Assembly: GCA_027491735.1 (NCBI GenBank)
Contig: JAOZGP010000015.1
Location: forward strand, 1 to 41,657
Direction of reading: 5' to 3'
Source: Thermoproteota archaeon
Lineage (GTDB): Archaea > Korarchaeota > Korarchaeia > Korarchaeales > Korarchaeaceae
Length of the DNA stretch: 41,657 bases
The position numbers were made by a program, and so were the translations under genes. This document shows, piece after piece, positions 28,631 to 37,796 of the stretch; within the stretch, counting starts at the first letter, position 1; every line of letters begins with the position of its first letter. A model generated the notes under the pieces. The model saw only the letters and a list, made by a program, of their open reading frames with translations. It was not told the origin of the DNA and did no database searches.

Positions 28631-29595
28631 TGAACGTCCTTCAGGAACTTGAGTCTTATGGAATACCTCGGGATGTACTCAGGAGGAACTTCATAAGTAG
28701 ATATAGAAGAATTTTAGGGAAGGAGTTCAGCGAGTTCTTCAGGTATCTAGCCCATCTACCGAGGAGAAGTCTCAGAGTAAATCCTATGAAGGCGGTCACG
28801 GACGAGGAGATCACGTTCCTTGAGAGTGAGAGGTTCCGTCTCATCAGGATACCATGGTATGAACATGGTTTTTGGATATTATCCGGCCCGGAGAGGCCTG
28901 GAAACACCATATCCCACAAGCTCGGTTTAATTTACCTCCAGGAGGCTGCATCCATGATCCCTCCTGTTGTTTTGGATCCACAACCAGGTGAGAGGATTTT
29001 GGACATATCCGCTGCTCCAGGGTCTAAAACCACGCAGATGTCGGAGATGATGAGGTGGAGAGGCACGATCGTGGCCAATGATGTGTCGCTCCCCAGAATC
29101 AAAGTTTTAGTCTCCAATATCCAGAGAATGTCCTCATTAAATGTGATCGTGACTCGAGTGGATGGAAGATATGCTCACAAAGTGTTCGGAGAATGTTCAT
29201 TTGATAGGGTCCTGGTTGATGCTCCCTGCAGCGCTATAGGACAAGTCAGGCGATCTTGGGAGGCCCTGAAGAGATGGAGCCTGAGGGCAGTTAAGAGGAT
29301 CTCGCACCTCCAGAAAAGCCTCGTTCTCTCAGCGTACAGATGTCTGAGGAAAGGAGGGCTCCTTGTCTATTCAACCTGTACGTTTGATCCTGAGGAGAAC
29401 GAGTTTGTGGTCCAGACCTTGGTGGATCTAGGATGTGAGGTTCTAAAGCCAGACGTGGACGGTCTGAGGTTCAGAGAGGGACTTACAGAGTGGGAGGGAT
29501 CACGCCTGGACCAGTCCATCAGGAGAACGATGCGCATATATCCTCACCACAACGACACGGAGGGATTTTATGTCGCTCTCGTCAAGAAGGAATGA
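28630..29595 (+). CDS. RsmB/NOL1/NOP2 family RNA m5C methyltransferase
   Basis: QEAASM.P, AAPGSKT, DAPCS, YSTCT..PEENE and GFYVA. Confidence 0.94.
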   Translation: MNVLQELESYGIPRDVLRRNFISRYRRILGKEFSEFFRYLAHLPRRSLRVNPMKAVTDEEITFLESERFRLIRIPWYEHGFWILSGPERPGNTISHKLGLIYLQEAASMIPPVVLDPQPGERILDISAAPGSKTTQMSEMMRWRGTIVANDVSLPRIKVLVSNIQRMSSLNVIVTRVDGRYAHKVFGECSFDRVLVDAPCSAIGQVRRSWEALKRWSLRAVKRISHLQKSLVLSAYRCLRKGGLLVYSTCTFDPEENEFVVQTLVDLGCEVLKPDVDGLRFREGLTEWEGSRLDQSIRRTMRIYPHHNDTEGFYVALVKKE

Positions 29596-30022
29596 GCGCA
29601 GTTGCTCCATAAGTGATTTTCTTGAGTGGTTGAGAGGCAGGTTCGCAATTCCCACCGAAAGGATACCATTTAGGCTGATACCGTCGGGTAAGAAGAGGAT
29701 AAGGATTTTCTCTGGTGATGAGGGTCTCGCAAAGTCCTCAGTTGTTGTGGGAGTTTACGTGGCCAAGAGAACTCCCTTTGGTTACGTGTTAAGTGTGGAG
29801 GGAGCACAGCTCTTAGGCCCTCTAGCCAGAAAGAATGTTTTAACCTTAAACCAGGAGCTTTTATATAAATGGATGTTGGGAGAGGACATCGAACCGCCTC
29901 GAGCTTATCTGGAAGAAGGTGTTATTTTGTTGAGGCATGACCGCCTGTTCCCCGGTTGTGGTTATTTTGATGGGAAGATTGTAAGAAACTTCCTACCCCT
30001 GGATAGGAGGATCGAGAGATGA
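29570..30022 (+). CDS. Nip7/PUA-like partner of the m5C methyltransferase
   Basis: LSVEGAQLLGP...N......WMLGEDI, translationally coupled to the NOP2-like gene. Confidence 0.7.
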   Translation: MSLSSRRNERSCSISDFLEWLRGRFAIPTERIPFRLIPSGKKRIRIFSGDEGLAKSSVVVGVYVAKRTPFGYVLSVEGAQLLGPLARKNVLTLNQELLYKWMLGEDIEPPRAYLEEGVILLRHDRLFPGCGYFDGKIVRNFLPLDRRIER

Positions 30023-31509
30023 GAAGGTTTCTTGTCCTCTTCCTATGCGTCCTTATGTCCTGGTGGATCGTTGGAGTTGAAGCTATACCAGAAGGCAGCA
30101 AGGCTCCTGACTTCATGGTGGAGACCTACTCCGGGGAGTACATATGTCTAGCAGAGTTTGAGGATAAAGTAGTCATACTCGGATTCTTTCAGTATAAGTG
30201 CTCTCATTGTAAGAGAGATCTCCCAATAATGAGCGAAGATCTTAAGAAATGCGATCCAAACAGCTACGTGGTTATCTTAGATGGTGTGGGAGGGGATGCT
30301 CATCTGGATTATATGCTGTTCAGGAAACACGCCCTGGGGGACAACTGGTATTTTATCCCTGAGAATTTCAATTTAGTTAAGCTATATGCTGTTAAATTTA
30401 CGCCGACGTGGGTTGTGATATATCACGGGGTTGTCAAAAGGTTCATAGTTGGAGAGGCCAAGCAGGACTTCTGCGAGCTTGTGAACGACGTCTTAGCTGA
30501 AGCTAAGGAGCCCACCACCATAAACGGGAAGATGATCATCGAGAACGGTGAGTTGCTCATTGAGGGATTAGTAGTTTCAAATGGAGTTCCTCTCGCTGGG
30601 AGAGATCTCAGCGTAGTCATCCGAAAGGATAGAGAGAAGGTTTCCTCTTATGAGGTCTCTACAGACAAGGAAGGCGCGTTCAGGCTGGTCAGGAACATAA
30701 CATGGATGAGACCCGGGAATTACTCTATAGAAGTTTCTTTTGAGGGAGATAAGGGACATAAGCCCGCTCATTTAGTCAAAAAATTCGAGTTGAGGGGAGA
30801 AGCTGAAGGGGACGATAAGAATCTCCCTTCTAAGGAGATTTCACTGTTCTTCTCGAGAGAAAGGAAGAAGTTAAGAGATCTTTTAGGATCAGAACATTCC
30901 ACCAGCAAGGCAGCGCTTGTGTTAGCACTCGAGAATCAAAAGGTAAGGCTCGAAATTAGCAAGCTTAAGGAGATCGCTGAGGAGGGATATTCTCTCATCT
31001 CTGAAGGGAATGTTTCAGGTGCCGAGATGCTTAGGAGGGAGTATGTCTGCCTCAGGGATGCTATCGTTGAATCGCTCGCTCAAGCTGAAAACATTTCAGG
31101 ATGCGTGATGTTCAACCTCACATCCGGGGTGAGAAAGGGAGAAACCAGGAGCATAAGCTTTAAGGTCCTGGGTCCGTACGCCAAGAAAATAAGAATTGAA
31201 ATAGCTCAGACACCCCAGCCTCAAATTCTTTGGATCTTTGGATCACCAGTCTATTCCGTGGAGGCACGATGGGATGAGGAGGTCAGGACAAATCTTTCCA
31301 CGTGGTTGAGTAACGTATCCTATTCCGAGATCCACGGTCCTCTAAATGGAACCGTGAACTTGTCGATAAAGGCGGACAATTTGGGAGTTATGAGGTGGAT
31401 CCTCTTCCTCCCGATCGAGATGCCTGAGGCCATTCTAAAGGTGAGGATAGCTGTGTGTTATTCTAACGTATCAACGCGTGCTCTAGCGGACTATCTCTCT
31501 AAGGCGTGA
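30019..31509 (+). CDS. Secreted redoxin (TlpA-like CxxC) fused to Ig-like and unknown domains
   Basis: Signal peptide, GSKAPDF, CSHC, FTPT cis-Pro loop, then TDKEGAF...PGNYSIEVSFEGD. Confidence 0.75.
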   Translation: MRRFLVLFLCVLMSWWIVGVEAIPEGSKAPDFMVETYSGEYICLAEFEDKVVILGFFQYKCSHCKRDLPIMSEDLKKCDPNSYVVILDGVGGDAHLDYMLFRKHALGDNWYFIPENFNLVKLYAVKFTPTWVVIYHGVVKRFIVGEAKQDFCELVNDVLAEAKEPTTINGKMIIENGELLIEGLVVSNGVPLAGRDLSVVIRKDREKVSSYEVSTDKEGAFRLVRNITWMRPGNYSIEVSFEGDKGHKPAHLVKKFELRGEAEGDDKNLPSKEISLFFSRERKKLRDLLGSEHSTSKAALVLALENQKVRLEISKLKEIAEEGYSLISEGNVSGAEMLRREYVCLRDAIVESLAQAENISGCVMFNLTSGVRKGETRSISFKVLGPYAKKIRIEIAQTPQPQILWIFGSPVYSVEARWDEEVRTNLSTWLSNVSYSEIHGPLNGTVNLSIKADNLGVMRWILFLPIEMPEAILKVRIAVCYSNVSTRALADYLSKA

Positions 31510-33104
31510 TCGAGCAGTATTTTCATCTCAGCTTTCTTTATGAGAAATCTAGCTCTGTTCACAAGACTTGGAGGAACAGCCACCCCCTTGATTCCCGAGG
31601 AGACTAGGTGCACAGTGCAATCGGAGGTGAGCTTGTCGAGAGCAAGTATCACTGGGGCATGGCGGGCTATCGGCCGGATTAATGAGAACAGCCTTCTGAT
31701 CCCTATCTCCTTGAATCTGAGGTCCTCCCGTAGATCCAATATCACTGCTCTTCTCCTTTGGATATCGGAAGGCTCTGTGGAGATAAGATCCAGTACTCCC
31801 TCTAAGAGAAGAGCGAAATCTCTGTTCTTCGATTTGTGAGCATCTTTTCTGGTCAGAACTGGTATCACTCCATCTGGAAGGTCATTCGCCTTGTCGGAGG
31901 ATGAGAGCATGTACGTCCCGAGAGGATATCTCGACATCTCCTCGCCTACCATTTGAAAGCCCTCATTAAGGATCACCAGACCATCAGCCGATACTTTCAA
32001 GTCTGTAGGTGACCTGGCGAGCAAGTAGATGTCCGTAGCCGTGATGTGTGCTTCTCTCAAGAGAAGCTCCTGCTTCGCACGCTCGACTTTCTTGGGTTTC
32101 AACTCCAGCTCGACCGTTTGCCCCTCCTCAGTCCTTTGAACGACTGATTGTGTTTCTTTTGTTTTTTCTGGAGGAGCAGGTCTTGTAGGAAGAACTAGTG
32201 TTATCAAAAACTCCTCACCAGTCTTTTCTGTGGGAAGAATCCACTGCACAACAGGTTCCTTGTTTAGATGCCAGGATATATCCCTGTAAAGCGTAGCCAG
32301 TCTTCTTAACTGATCATCGGAGAGGGAAGGAGCTCCGGTTAGCTCCTCTTCTACCCTCTTGACCACTTTAAATCCTCCCCTGCTTATCAGGGTTTGAAGC
32401 TTCTTTTCAGCAATGTTGGAACGTATGGACATGTCACCCTTCATCACCTCGAACGTGTCAGCATCAGGCTCCTCGATATCGAAGGAAACCCCATACTTTG
32501 ATGTTATCTTCACGCGATCTCCTTCAGGAAGGATCCAGCCCGAGCACCTAACGTTCACAGAGTCCAGGAACAACATCGAGGGAACCAAGTCCTCTGGTTC
32601 CGTTTCGACTGCCGATAGAAGAGTCGGGGTAAACACGCCTCCCAAAAGCTTTAGAAACACCTCCTTCATCCTTCTGCTACCCACACCCCATTCCAGAAGG
32701 GAAGTCAAGGTGGTCCTTTTGAGAACCTCATAACTCGGGGAGAGAGCTTCCACCACCCATTTGTTCTCTCTAAAACCATCGAGCTCCTGAAGGTTTCTCT
32801 CAAGATCTTTCCATATGTCTGAGCCCATGCTTAGATGAGATATCATACCTGAGATCCTGCTACACCTTCTCTCGAGCTCAGGAAGATCCTTGGACTTGAT
32901 CGACAGGAATAACTCATGTAAAACACCAGCTTCCCTGAGAAGACCCAATATTGTCTCTCTGGGAACCACAAATCCTTTTGGAACAGGATATCCATCCGAA
33001 AGAAGATCTCCTAACGCTGCAGCTATTTCTCCAAACTCTTTAACGGATTCACTGTTGAGCGAGCTTAAAGGCACACAGAGATTGGATGCCATGAGAAACA
33101 CCAT
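31491..33104 (-). CDS. Degenerate PEP synthase/PPDK-like protein
   Basis: GYPVPKGFVV, IAEK, PSLSDDQL..LA, TATDIY and LVSSGIKGVAV echo PpsA, but the catalytic motifs are altered. Confidence 0.7.
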   Translation of the reverse strand: MVFLMASNLCVPLSSLNSESVKEFGEIAAALGDLLSDGYPVPKGFVVPRETILGLLREAGVLHELFLSIKSKDLPELERRCSRISGMISHLSMGSDIWKDLERNLQELDGFRENKWVVEALSPSYEVLKRTTLTSLLEWGVGSRRMKEVFLKLLGGVFTPTLLSAVETEPEDLVPSMLFLDSVNVRCSGWILPEGDRVKITSKYGVSFDIEEPDADTFEVMKGDMSIRSNIAEKKLQTLISRGGFKVVKRVEEELTGAPSLSDDQLRRLATLYRDISWHLNKEPVVQWILPTEKTGEEFLITLVLPTRPAPPEKTKETQSVVQRTEEGQTVELELKPKKVERAKQELLLREAHITATDIYLLARSPTDLKVSADGLVILNEGFQMVGEEMSRYPLGTYMLSSSDKANDLPDGVIPVLTRKDAHKSKNRDFALLLEGVLDLISTEPSDIQRRRAVILDLREDLRFKEIGIRRLFSLIRPIARHAPVILALDKLTSDCTVHLVSSGIKGVAVPPSLVNRARFLIKKAEMKILLDHALER

Positions 33105-33149
33105 TCAACAGAAGAAGTGAGCGAGGTCTGAATTATAACTTTGTGCTCG

Positions 33150-33935
33150 CTACTGCATCCTGTTGAGGGAGACCACATCAGATAACTCGAGACCAGTTAT
33201 CTCGCTGGCACTGGCCCTCCTGGCGGACACCTCGATCAGGTTGGAGCTCCCTACTATGAGAAAGGGACCTCCAGATTCAGCTTCCTCGAAGGTCTTGACG
33301 AACCCCACATCAAATAGACCTTTTCTCGTCTCGAGAAGATACCTACCGGTCGGATCAAGAAACTCCGGTTTTATGTTCGTCACAACGTTTCCGAATCGGT
33401 CCACATTCAAAACTCGACCTTTAATTGTTCCCTCTTCAGTGATGAAGACCTTCCAAAGATCCAAATGGATATATTTCCTTAGAGGAGGACCTATCTTCCT
33501 TGGATCCAGGCCTTTAGACAGATAGGCTGCCACCGGAGCGAAGATATCCCTGCCATCGAATGTTCCGCTTCTTTCCGGTATGTACCACCTAGAAGCTATT
33601 TCGAACACCTCTATCCTCGGGGAAAGGCTTTCCGCTGCGGGTATCAGCAGACCGTTATCTGGACCAACGAAAAGATGATCTGAGGCTTTTATCACTATTG
33701 CTTTCCTCTCTGTGCCAACTCCTGGATCAACGACCCCCAGGAAAATCGTTCCTTTGGGGAACCATCTACAGGCCTGCCAGAGTATGAAGGCCCCGTGAAT
33801 CACGGAAAATGGTTGCACCTCGTGGGATATGTCTACTATCTCAGCCTGCTGATTTATGCTCTTTATTACTCCCTTCATGGCGGATACGTAGTAGTCCCTA
33901 TTACCGAAGTCCGTCAGGAGGGCTATCACGCTCAA
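33150..33935 (-). CDS. SAM hydroxide adenosyltransferase / SAM-dependent halogenase family (DUF62)
   Basis: LLTDFG, VVDPGVGTER, GPDNG, TFDGRDIFAP and DRFGN. Confidence 0.93.
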   Translation of the reverse strand: MSVIALLTDFGNRDYYVSAMKGVIKSINQQAEIVDISHEVQPFSVIHGAFILWQACRWFPKGTIFLGVVDPGVGTERKAIVIKASDHLFVGPDNGLLIPAAESLSPRIEVFEIASRWYIPERSGTFDGRDIFAPVAAYLSKGLDPRKIGPPLRKYIHLDLWKVFITEEGTIKGRVLNVDRFGNVVTNIKPEFLDPTGRYLLETRKGLFDVGFVKTFEEAESGGPFLIVGSSNLIEVSARRASASEITGLELSDVVSLNRMQ

Positions 33936-34501
33936 TCCGAGGCACCCAGCGCCGACGTATGGAGGTCCTCGTATACGGGTCCTTTGGACGTGAGAGTGCT
34001 CTTCTTGACCTTGAGCTGTGTGACCGATATACTGCCGAATTCCAAATCGGCGAACTTCGAAATGATCCTTCCGAGGTCTGCAGAGCAGTATTTGACTCTG
34101 GCCACGGTTACATGTGGTTGGGGCTTTTTCTTCTCCCGAGGAAAGCCAAGTTCGGTCAGCGAGGATTCCATCAGATCTATCAGATGAACAGCCTCCTCAA
34201 ACCCCTCCTTTATCCCAACCCAGATGACTCTAGGCCGGGTGGTGGAGGGAAAGCTCCCTACTCCCCATAAAACCATCTCGAATGGGCTTACTTTATGGGA
34301 TACCTCATCGACGACCCTATAGATGTGAGGTAATCTGTCCTTGTTCACATCCCCAAGGAACTTTATCGTCAGGTGTATGTTCTCCGGCTCCACAAGCTTC
34401 AACCTAGAGGAGGATCTTACAAGATCCTCTTGAAGTCTTGTTATCTTGGAGATCACCTCTCGATCGTCTATGTCTACTGCTATGAAGGTTCTTATGGCCA
34501 A
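33932..34501 (-). CDS. thpR: RNA 2',3'-cyclic phosphodiesterase (2H family)
   Basis: RTFIAVD, HLTIKFLG, PRVIWVG, PHVTVAR and GPVY. Confidence 0.93.
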   Translation of the reverse strand: MAIRTFIAVDIDDREVISKITRLQEDLVRSSSRLKLVEPENIHLTIKFLGDVNKDRLPHIYRVVDEVSHKVSPFEMVLWGVGSFPSTTRPRVIWVGIKEGFEEAVHLIDLMESSLTELGFPREKKKPQPHVTVARVKYCSADLGRIISKFADLEFGSISVTQLKVKKSTLTSKGPVYEDLHTSALGASD

Positions 34502-34512
34502 GTACCGATCCC

Positions 34513-34869
34513 TCAGGGTTCGCCCTTACATGGTATGAAGCACAGAAGTTCAGTGTCCTCAAGGGCCTCGAACGAGTGGGGTTTATTTGGTGGTATGTAG
34601 ATTGCATGACCATCCTCAACCACAGCTTCGTCGTCTCCGGATCTGACCCTGAGCTTCCCCTTTATCATGTATATCTCATGCTCCCAGTCGTGGGAGTGAA
34701 GTTTTATCGAGGCTCCCTTCTTAAGAGTGAAGTGGCGCATGGAGAAAGTTGGGACTCCATCTCTCTTCTTTGAGAGGACCCATCTTATATGAACCCCCTC
34801 AGCAAAAGTCTCAGGTTCCACATCCAGGACCCTCTTGACGATCATCATGTGGCACCGAGCCATGAGCAC
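34513..34869 (-). CDS. Cupin domain protein
   Basis: HSHDWEHEIY...G...IPPNKPH. True start is probably a downstream ATG near 34848. Confidence 0.9.
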   Translation of the reverse strand: MLMARCHMMIVKRVLDVEPETFAEGVHIRWVLSKKRDGVPTFSMRHFTLKKGASIKLHSHDWEHEIYMIKGKLRVRSGDDEAVVEDGHAIYIPPNKPHSFEALEDTELLCFIPCKGEP

Positions 34870-34978
34870 ATCACTAAACTTAAAAAATGTTCATCAGCCC
34901 CTGAGATCCTGAAGTGAGTTTAATAAGCCTTTCAGAGAATGGTTAAATAGAACAAAGGCCCATGTAGATTGCCACTAG

Positions 34979-36028
34979 GTGCAATCCATGAAAGCCAAGA
35001 TCTCAAGGGCGAGCTTCGCTCGGGAAGTGAGCCGCAGTCTTAGAGATAAGAGTCCCTGGATCATTGTGGATGACCCTGGGTTATGGATTGAATGTAAAAA
35101 GAGAACCTCTATTGAGGATCTGGATGTTATCCTTTACCTCCACGCTAGTCTAGGATACAACTACGATTCCAAAGACTATCTGTTCAAGATAAAGCCCATT
35201 GTATTGGTGTCGGATTCGGAGAGAAGGAATTGGATTGTTCTTGACTCTCCGAGCCAGCTGGCTAGGATCTATGGATCGAGCTTCATATCGGGTATAGAGA
35301 AGCGACCGGCAGCCTTTCTGGAGGAGGAGAACATAGATAAAGAGATGCTCTTCAAGCTCTACAAGAAGTTCGGAGAAGGAGGGGTTTTTCATCCGAGAGT
35401 TTCCTGGAAGAGCATGATGGGTCTATCGGACTCAGTGGGAATCTTCGTGACCCGCGTAGATCCAGTTGACTCCTCACGCCTATCGGATTGCAGGACCAAA
35501 GTTCTCTCTGTGGTGATGAGCAGAAAGTTTATAGATGGGGATTATTCCCTAAAAGCGAGCTTACCCTTCATGCTGGGATCTTGGGAGACAAGCTCCTTCA
35601 TTGAGAATTTTGGATTGGACTTTGAGGACATAATATCGCTGGAGGATGACGTGCAGAGTGTTATGGAGGACCCCCAGGAGGTCATAAAGCTCACTGGATT
35701 TATGAGCATCCTTAGGACAGGTGCCACCTTCGAGGAGAGAGAAGGCATCTGTGATCTTGAGATAGAGCTCTATTGGATAAGCTCCTCCCTTTTGAGGAGA
35801 AATGGTCGTGTGTTCGTTAAAGATGTGATGAGGCTACTAGCAAAAGACTGTTTAGAAGGAGAGAGAGTACGAGGCTCCATTTGGAACACGTCTTTCTGGA
35901 AGAAGACTTTGAACAAGTCGATAAGAAGCATGTTAAGGAAATGGCGTGCAGAGACCAGATCTAGAGGAATTAGGGAGAAGCTCAAAGCCTATAAAGGAGC
36001 CGAAAGGAGGATCACTTCCAGTATTTGA
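34979..36028 (+). CDS. Hypothetical protein
   Basis: 349-codon ORF with codon style like its neighbours. No motif recognised. Confidence 0.7.
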   Translation: MQSMKAKISRASFAREVSRSLRDKSPWIIVDDPGLWIECKKRTSIEDLDVILYLHASLGYNYDSKDYLFKIKPIVLVSDSERRNWIVLDSPSQLARIYGSSFISGIEKRPAAFLEEENIDKEMLFKLYKKFGEGGVFHPRVSWKSMMGLSDSVGIFVTRVDPVDSSRLSDCRTKVLSVVMSRKFIDGDYSLKASLPFMLGSWETSSFIENFGLDFEDIISLEDDVQSVMEDPQEVIKLTGFMSILRTGATFEEREGICDLEIELYWISSSLLRRNGRVFVKDVMRLLAKDCLEGERVRGSIWNTSFWKKTLNKSIRSMLRKWRAETRSRGIREKLKAYKGAERRITSSI

Positions 36029-36207
36029 GCCTTGTGAGGCAGCTTCGTTCATGGGCATTTGTGGACATCGAATCAAGGGAGTTTTTAGTTTTATTGTAAA
36101 TCAGGTCTGGCCTAGAGCACCGAAACTCCTTAAAGGAGGATATGGCGGTTCTCCCTTCGTGGAGAGAGCGGGATCGCCCTGAAGGGGACGAGACCTATGA
36201 CCTGATC

Positions 36208-36283
36208 CTGATGAACCCGGAGAGGACTGAGATCGGTGTGCCCAGGACCGGATGCATGTCCTGTGAGGGACCACGTCCGCTGA
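36208..36283 (+). ncRNA. Candidate box C/D-like sRNA
   Basis: CTGATGA (36208-14), 12-nt guide, CTGA (36227-30), hairpin insert, weak C' GTGAGGG, 10-nt guide, CTGA (36280-83). Confidence 0.4.
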
Positions 36284-36492
36284 ACCGAGCTCCCTTTGAT
36301 CCCCTTGAATACCCCCCTTATGACCCCTCTTCTTCAGATTGATAGAGAAAGAAGCGTTTTTATTCAAAGGAGAAATTATTGTCCCGTTCTTTTCGTGTTT
36401 TTTCTTAATTGAAGCGTTTTGCTTGGTCCCATAAAGTTTTTATTTGGACTCGTTGATTCATTCCTTGTTCATTCGAAGGAGGTGAGGATATA

Positions 36493-36873
36493 ATGGTTCA
36501 GGCCTTCGAGTTCCATGTTATAGGTGAAATATACGATGCTGACAGGAGTTTGATGAATGATCCCGGATTTCTCCAGGAGGCCATAGTCTCTGCCGTTGTC
36601 GGATCAGGTCTCACTCTCTTCGATGTTTACGTTCATGAGCAGAGGAGCGGGCTCATAGGCATCGGCGTCATAGGGGAATCGCATGTGGCGGTTCGAACCT
36701 GGCCCGATGTAGGGATTGTGACCGTGGAGGTATCGTCCTGTAAGGACGCTGAGAGCACGTGGATGGTCTATAGAAGACTTGTGGAGATGTTTAGAGGTAA
36801 AAGCGGGAATGCCATGGAGATCAGAAGTGAAATAAGGGTAATCCAGAAGGCTCTACTGCAGAAAGCAGTATAG
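36493..36873 (+). CDS. speD: S-adenosylmethionine decarboxylase proenzyme family protein (divergent)
   Basis: ESH pyruvoyl cleavage site, TWP and Cys83, strong SD GGAGGTGA. Substrate cannot be assigned because the family includes arginine decarboxylases. Confidence 0.75.
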   Translation: MVQAFEFHVIGEIYDADRSLMNDPGFLQEAIVSAVVGSGLTLFDVYVHEQRSGLIGIGVIGESHVAVRTWPDVGIVTVEVSSCKDAESTWMVYRRLVEMFRGKSGNAMEIRSEIRVIQKALLQKAV

Positions 36874-36895
36874 CTTTCATCCAATTTTGAGTAGC

Positions 36896-37735
36896 TCACT
36901 GCTTTTTTAGCTCGAGATGTATCCTCCCAAAACCTACGGACCTCCCCACTCCTACGCCGCATATCTCTCCGAATCTGAACAAAGTGTTAGCCCAGGCGGC
37001 CATGGAGGAATGGGCCTCCCTCTCCCATCCAGGATGTTCTATTACTTTATAATTTACCCACCCTACAAAGCCCACCACAGACTTGTCAGCTCCCAGAGGA
37101 ATGGGCCTGCTGGTGCACAGCTCATAACCAGTCTCAACTATGCTAAGAGCTGCCCATGTGGAAATTATCTTCGGACGAGGACATTTTACGGGAGATCTAA
37201 GGTTCCAAAGAGCCGATAGAGAGAACAGTATCTTTCTAGGGCTCGGGTATAGATCGCAATACACCGTCGATGCTTTTCTCAGGCAAGTGGGAGTCAGAAA
37301 CTTTATCCTGAATGAGTGCAGTGGCTCTTTTGTTATCAGGGAGTCATAGGTGTGCTCGCTCCAGAAGGCATCTTTCACCTCCAACGATATTTCCCCAAGC
37401 CTTATAATGGGCTTCTTCAGCAGCCATACTCTCAGAGGGTTGAGGAGGTTGCTGTTAAAGAGGACAACACCAGCCTCCAGAGAGTCTCCGGTGTTCACCT
37501 GAAACTCCTGTGTTCCACACCAAGCCTTCCACGGAACGGGAGGTATTGGGGGGTTAACTACGATCTCGCTGGAGTAGCTGCTGTCCAGGATTCTGGACGC
37601 CATCGGATCCGTGGACCTTATGGCCCTCTTGAAGGTGGACAGGAGCTCGCTTCCTGCTAACCCCAGCTCCCCGTCCTCCCTACAGGTCATGTTGATATCC
37701 AATCGATAGAGCTTGTGTTCCTCCTCATTCTCCAT
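36896..37735 (-). CDS. cas6: CRISPR-associated endoribonuclease Cas6 (stand-alone)
   Basis: IKFLTPT, YPSP..I..SL...WN, GFVGWV.Y and the C-terminal G-rich loop GVGVGRSVGFG. Confidence 0.88.
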   Translation of the reverse strand: MENEEEHKLYRLDINMTCREDGELGLAGSELLSTFKRAIRSTDPMASRILDSSYSSEIVVNPPIPPVPWKAWCGTQEFQVNTGDSLEAGVVLFNSNLLNPLRVWLLKKPIIRLGEISLEVKDAFWSEHTYDSLITKEPLHSFRIKFLTPTCLRKASTVYCDLYPSPRKILFSLSALWNLRSPVKCPRPKIISTWAALSIVETGYELCTSRPIPLGADKSVVGFVGWVNYKVIEHPGWEREAHSSMAAWANTLFRFGEICGVGVGRSVGFGRIHLELKKQ

Positions 37736-37796
37736 GTGGATCTGATGTCTTCTCCACCCACTTTTTATTAATTTCTTAGGCCGCTAGGATGCCCGA

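Noticed and set aside
36170-36232. TPP riboswitch or hammerhead resemblance (ACCTGATC, CTGATGA)
   Set aside because: CTGAGA lies on the wrong side and P5 is mismatched for TPP. No stem II-GAAA follows for a hammerhead.
36290-36330. C-rich mini-repeats as a CRISPR array for the nearby cas6
   Set aside because: Units are ~10 nt, degenerate and have no spacers.
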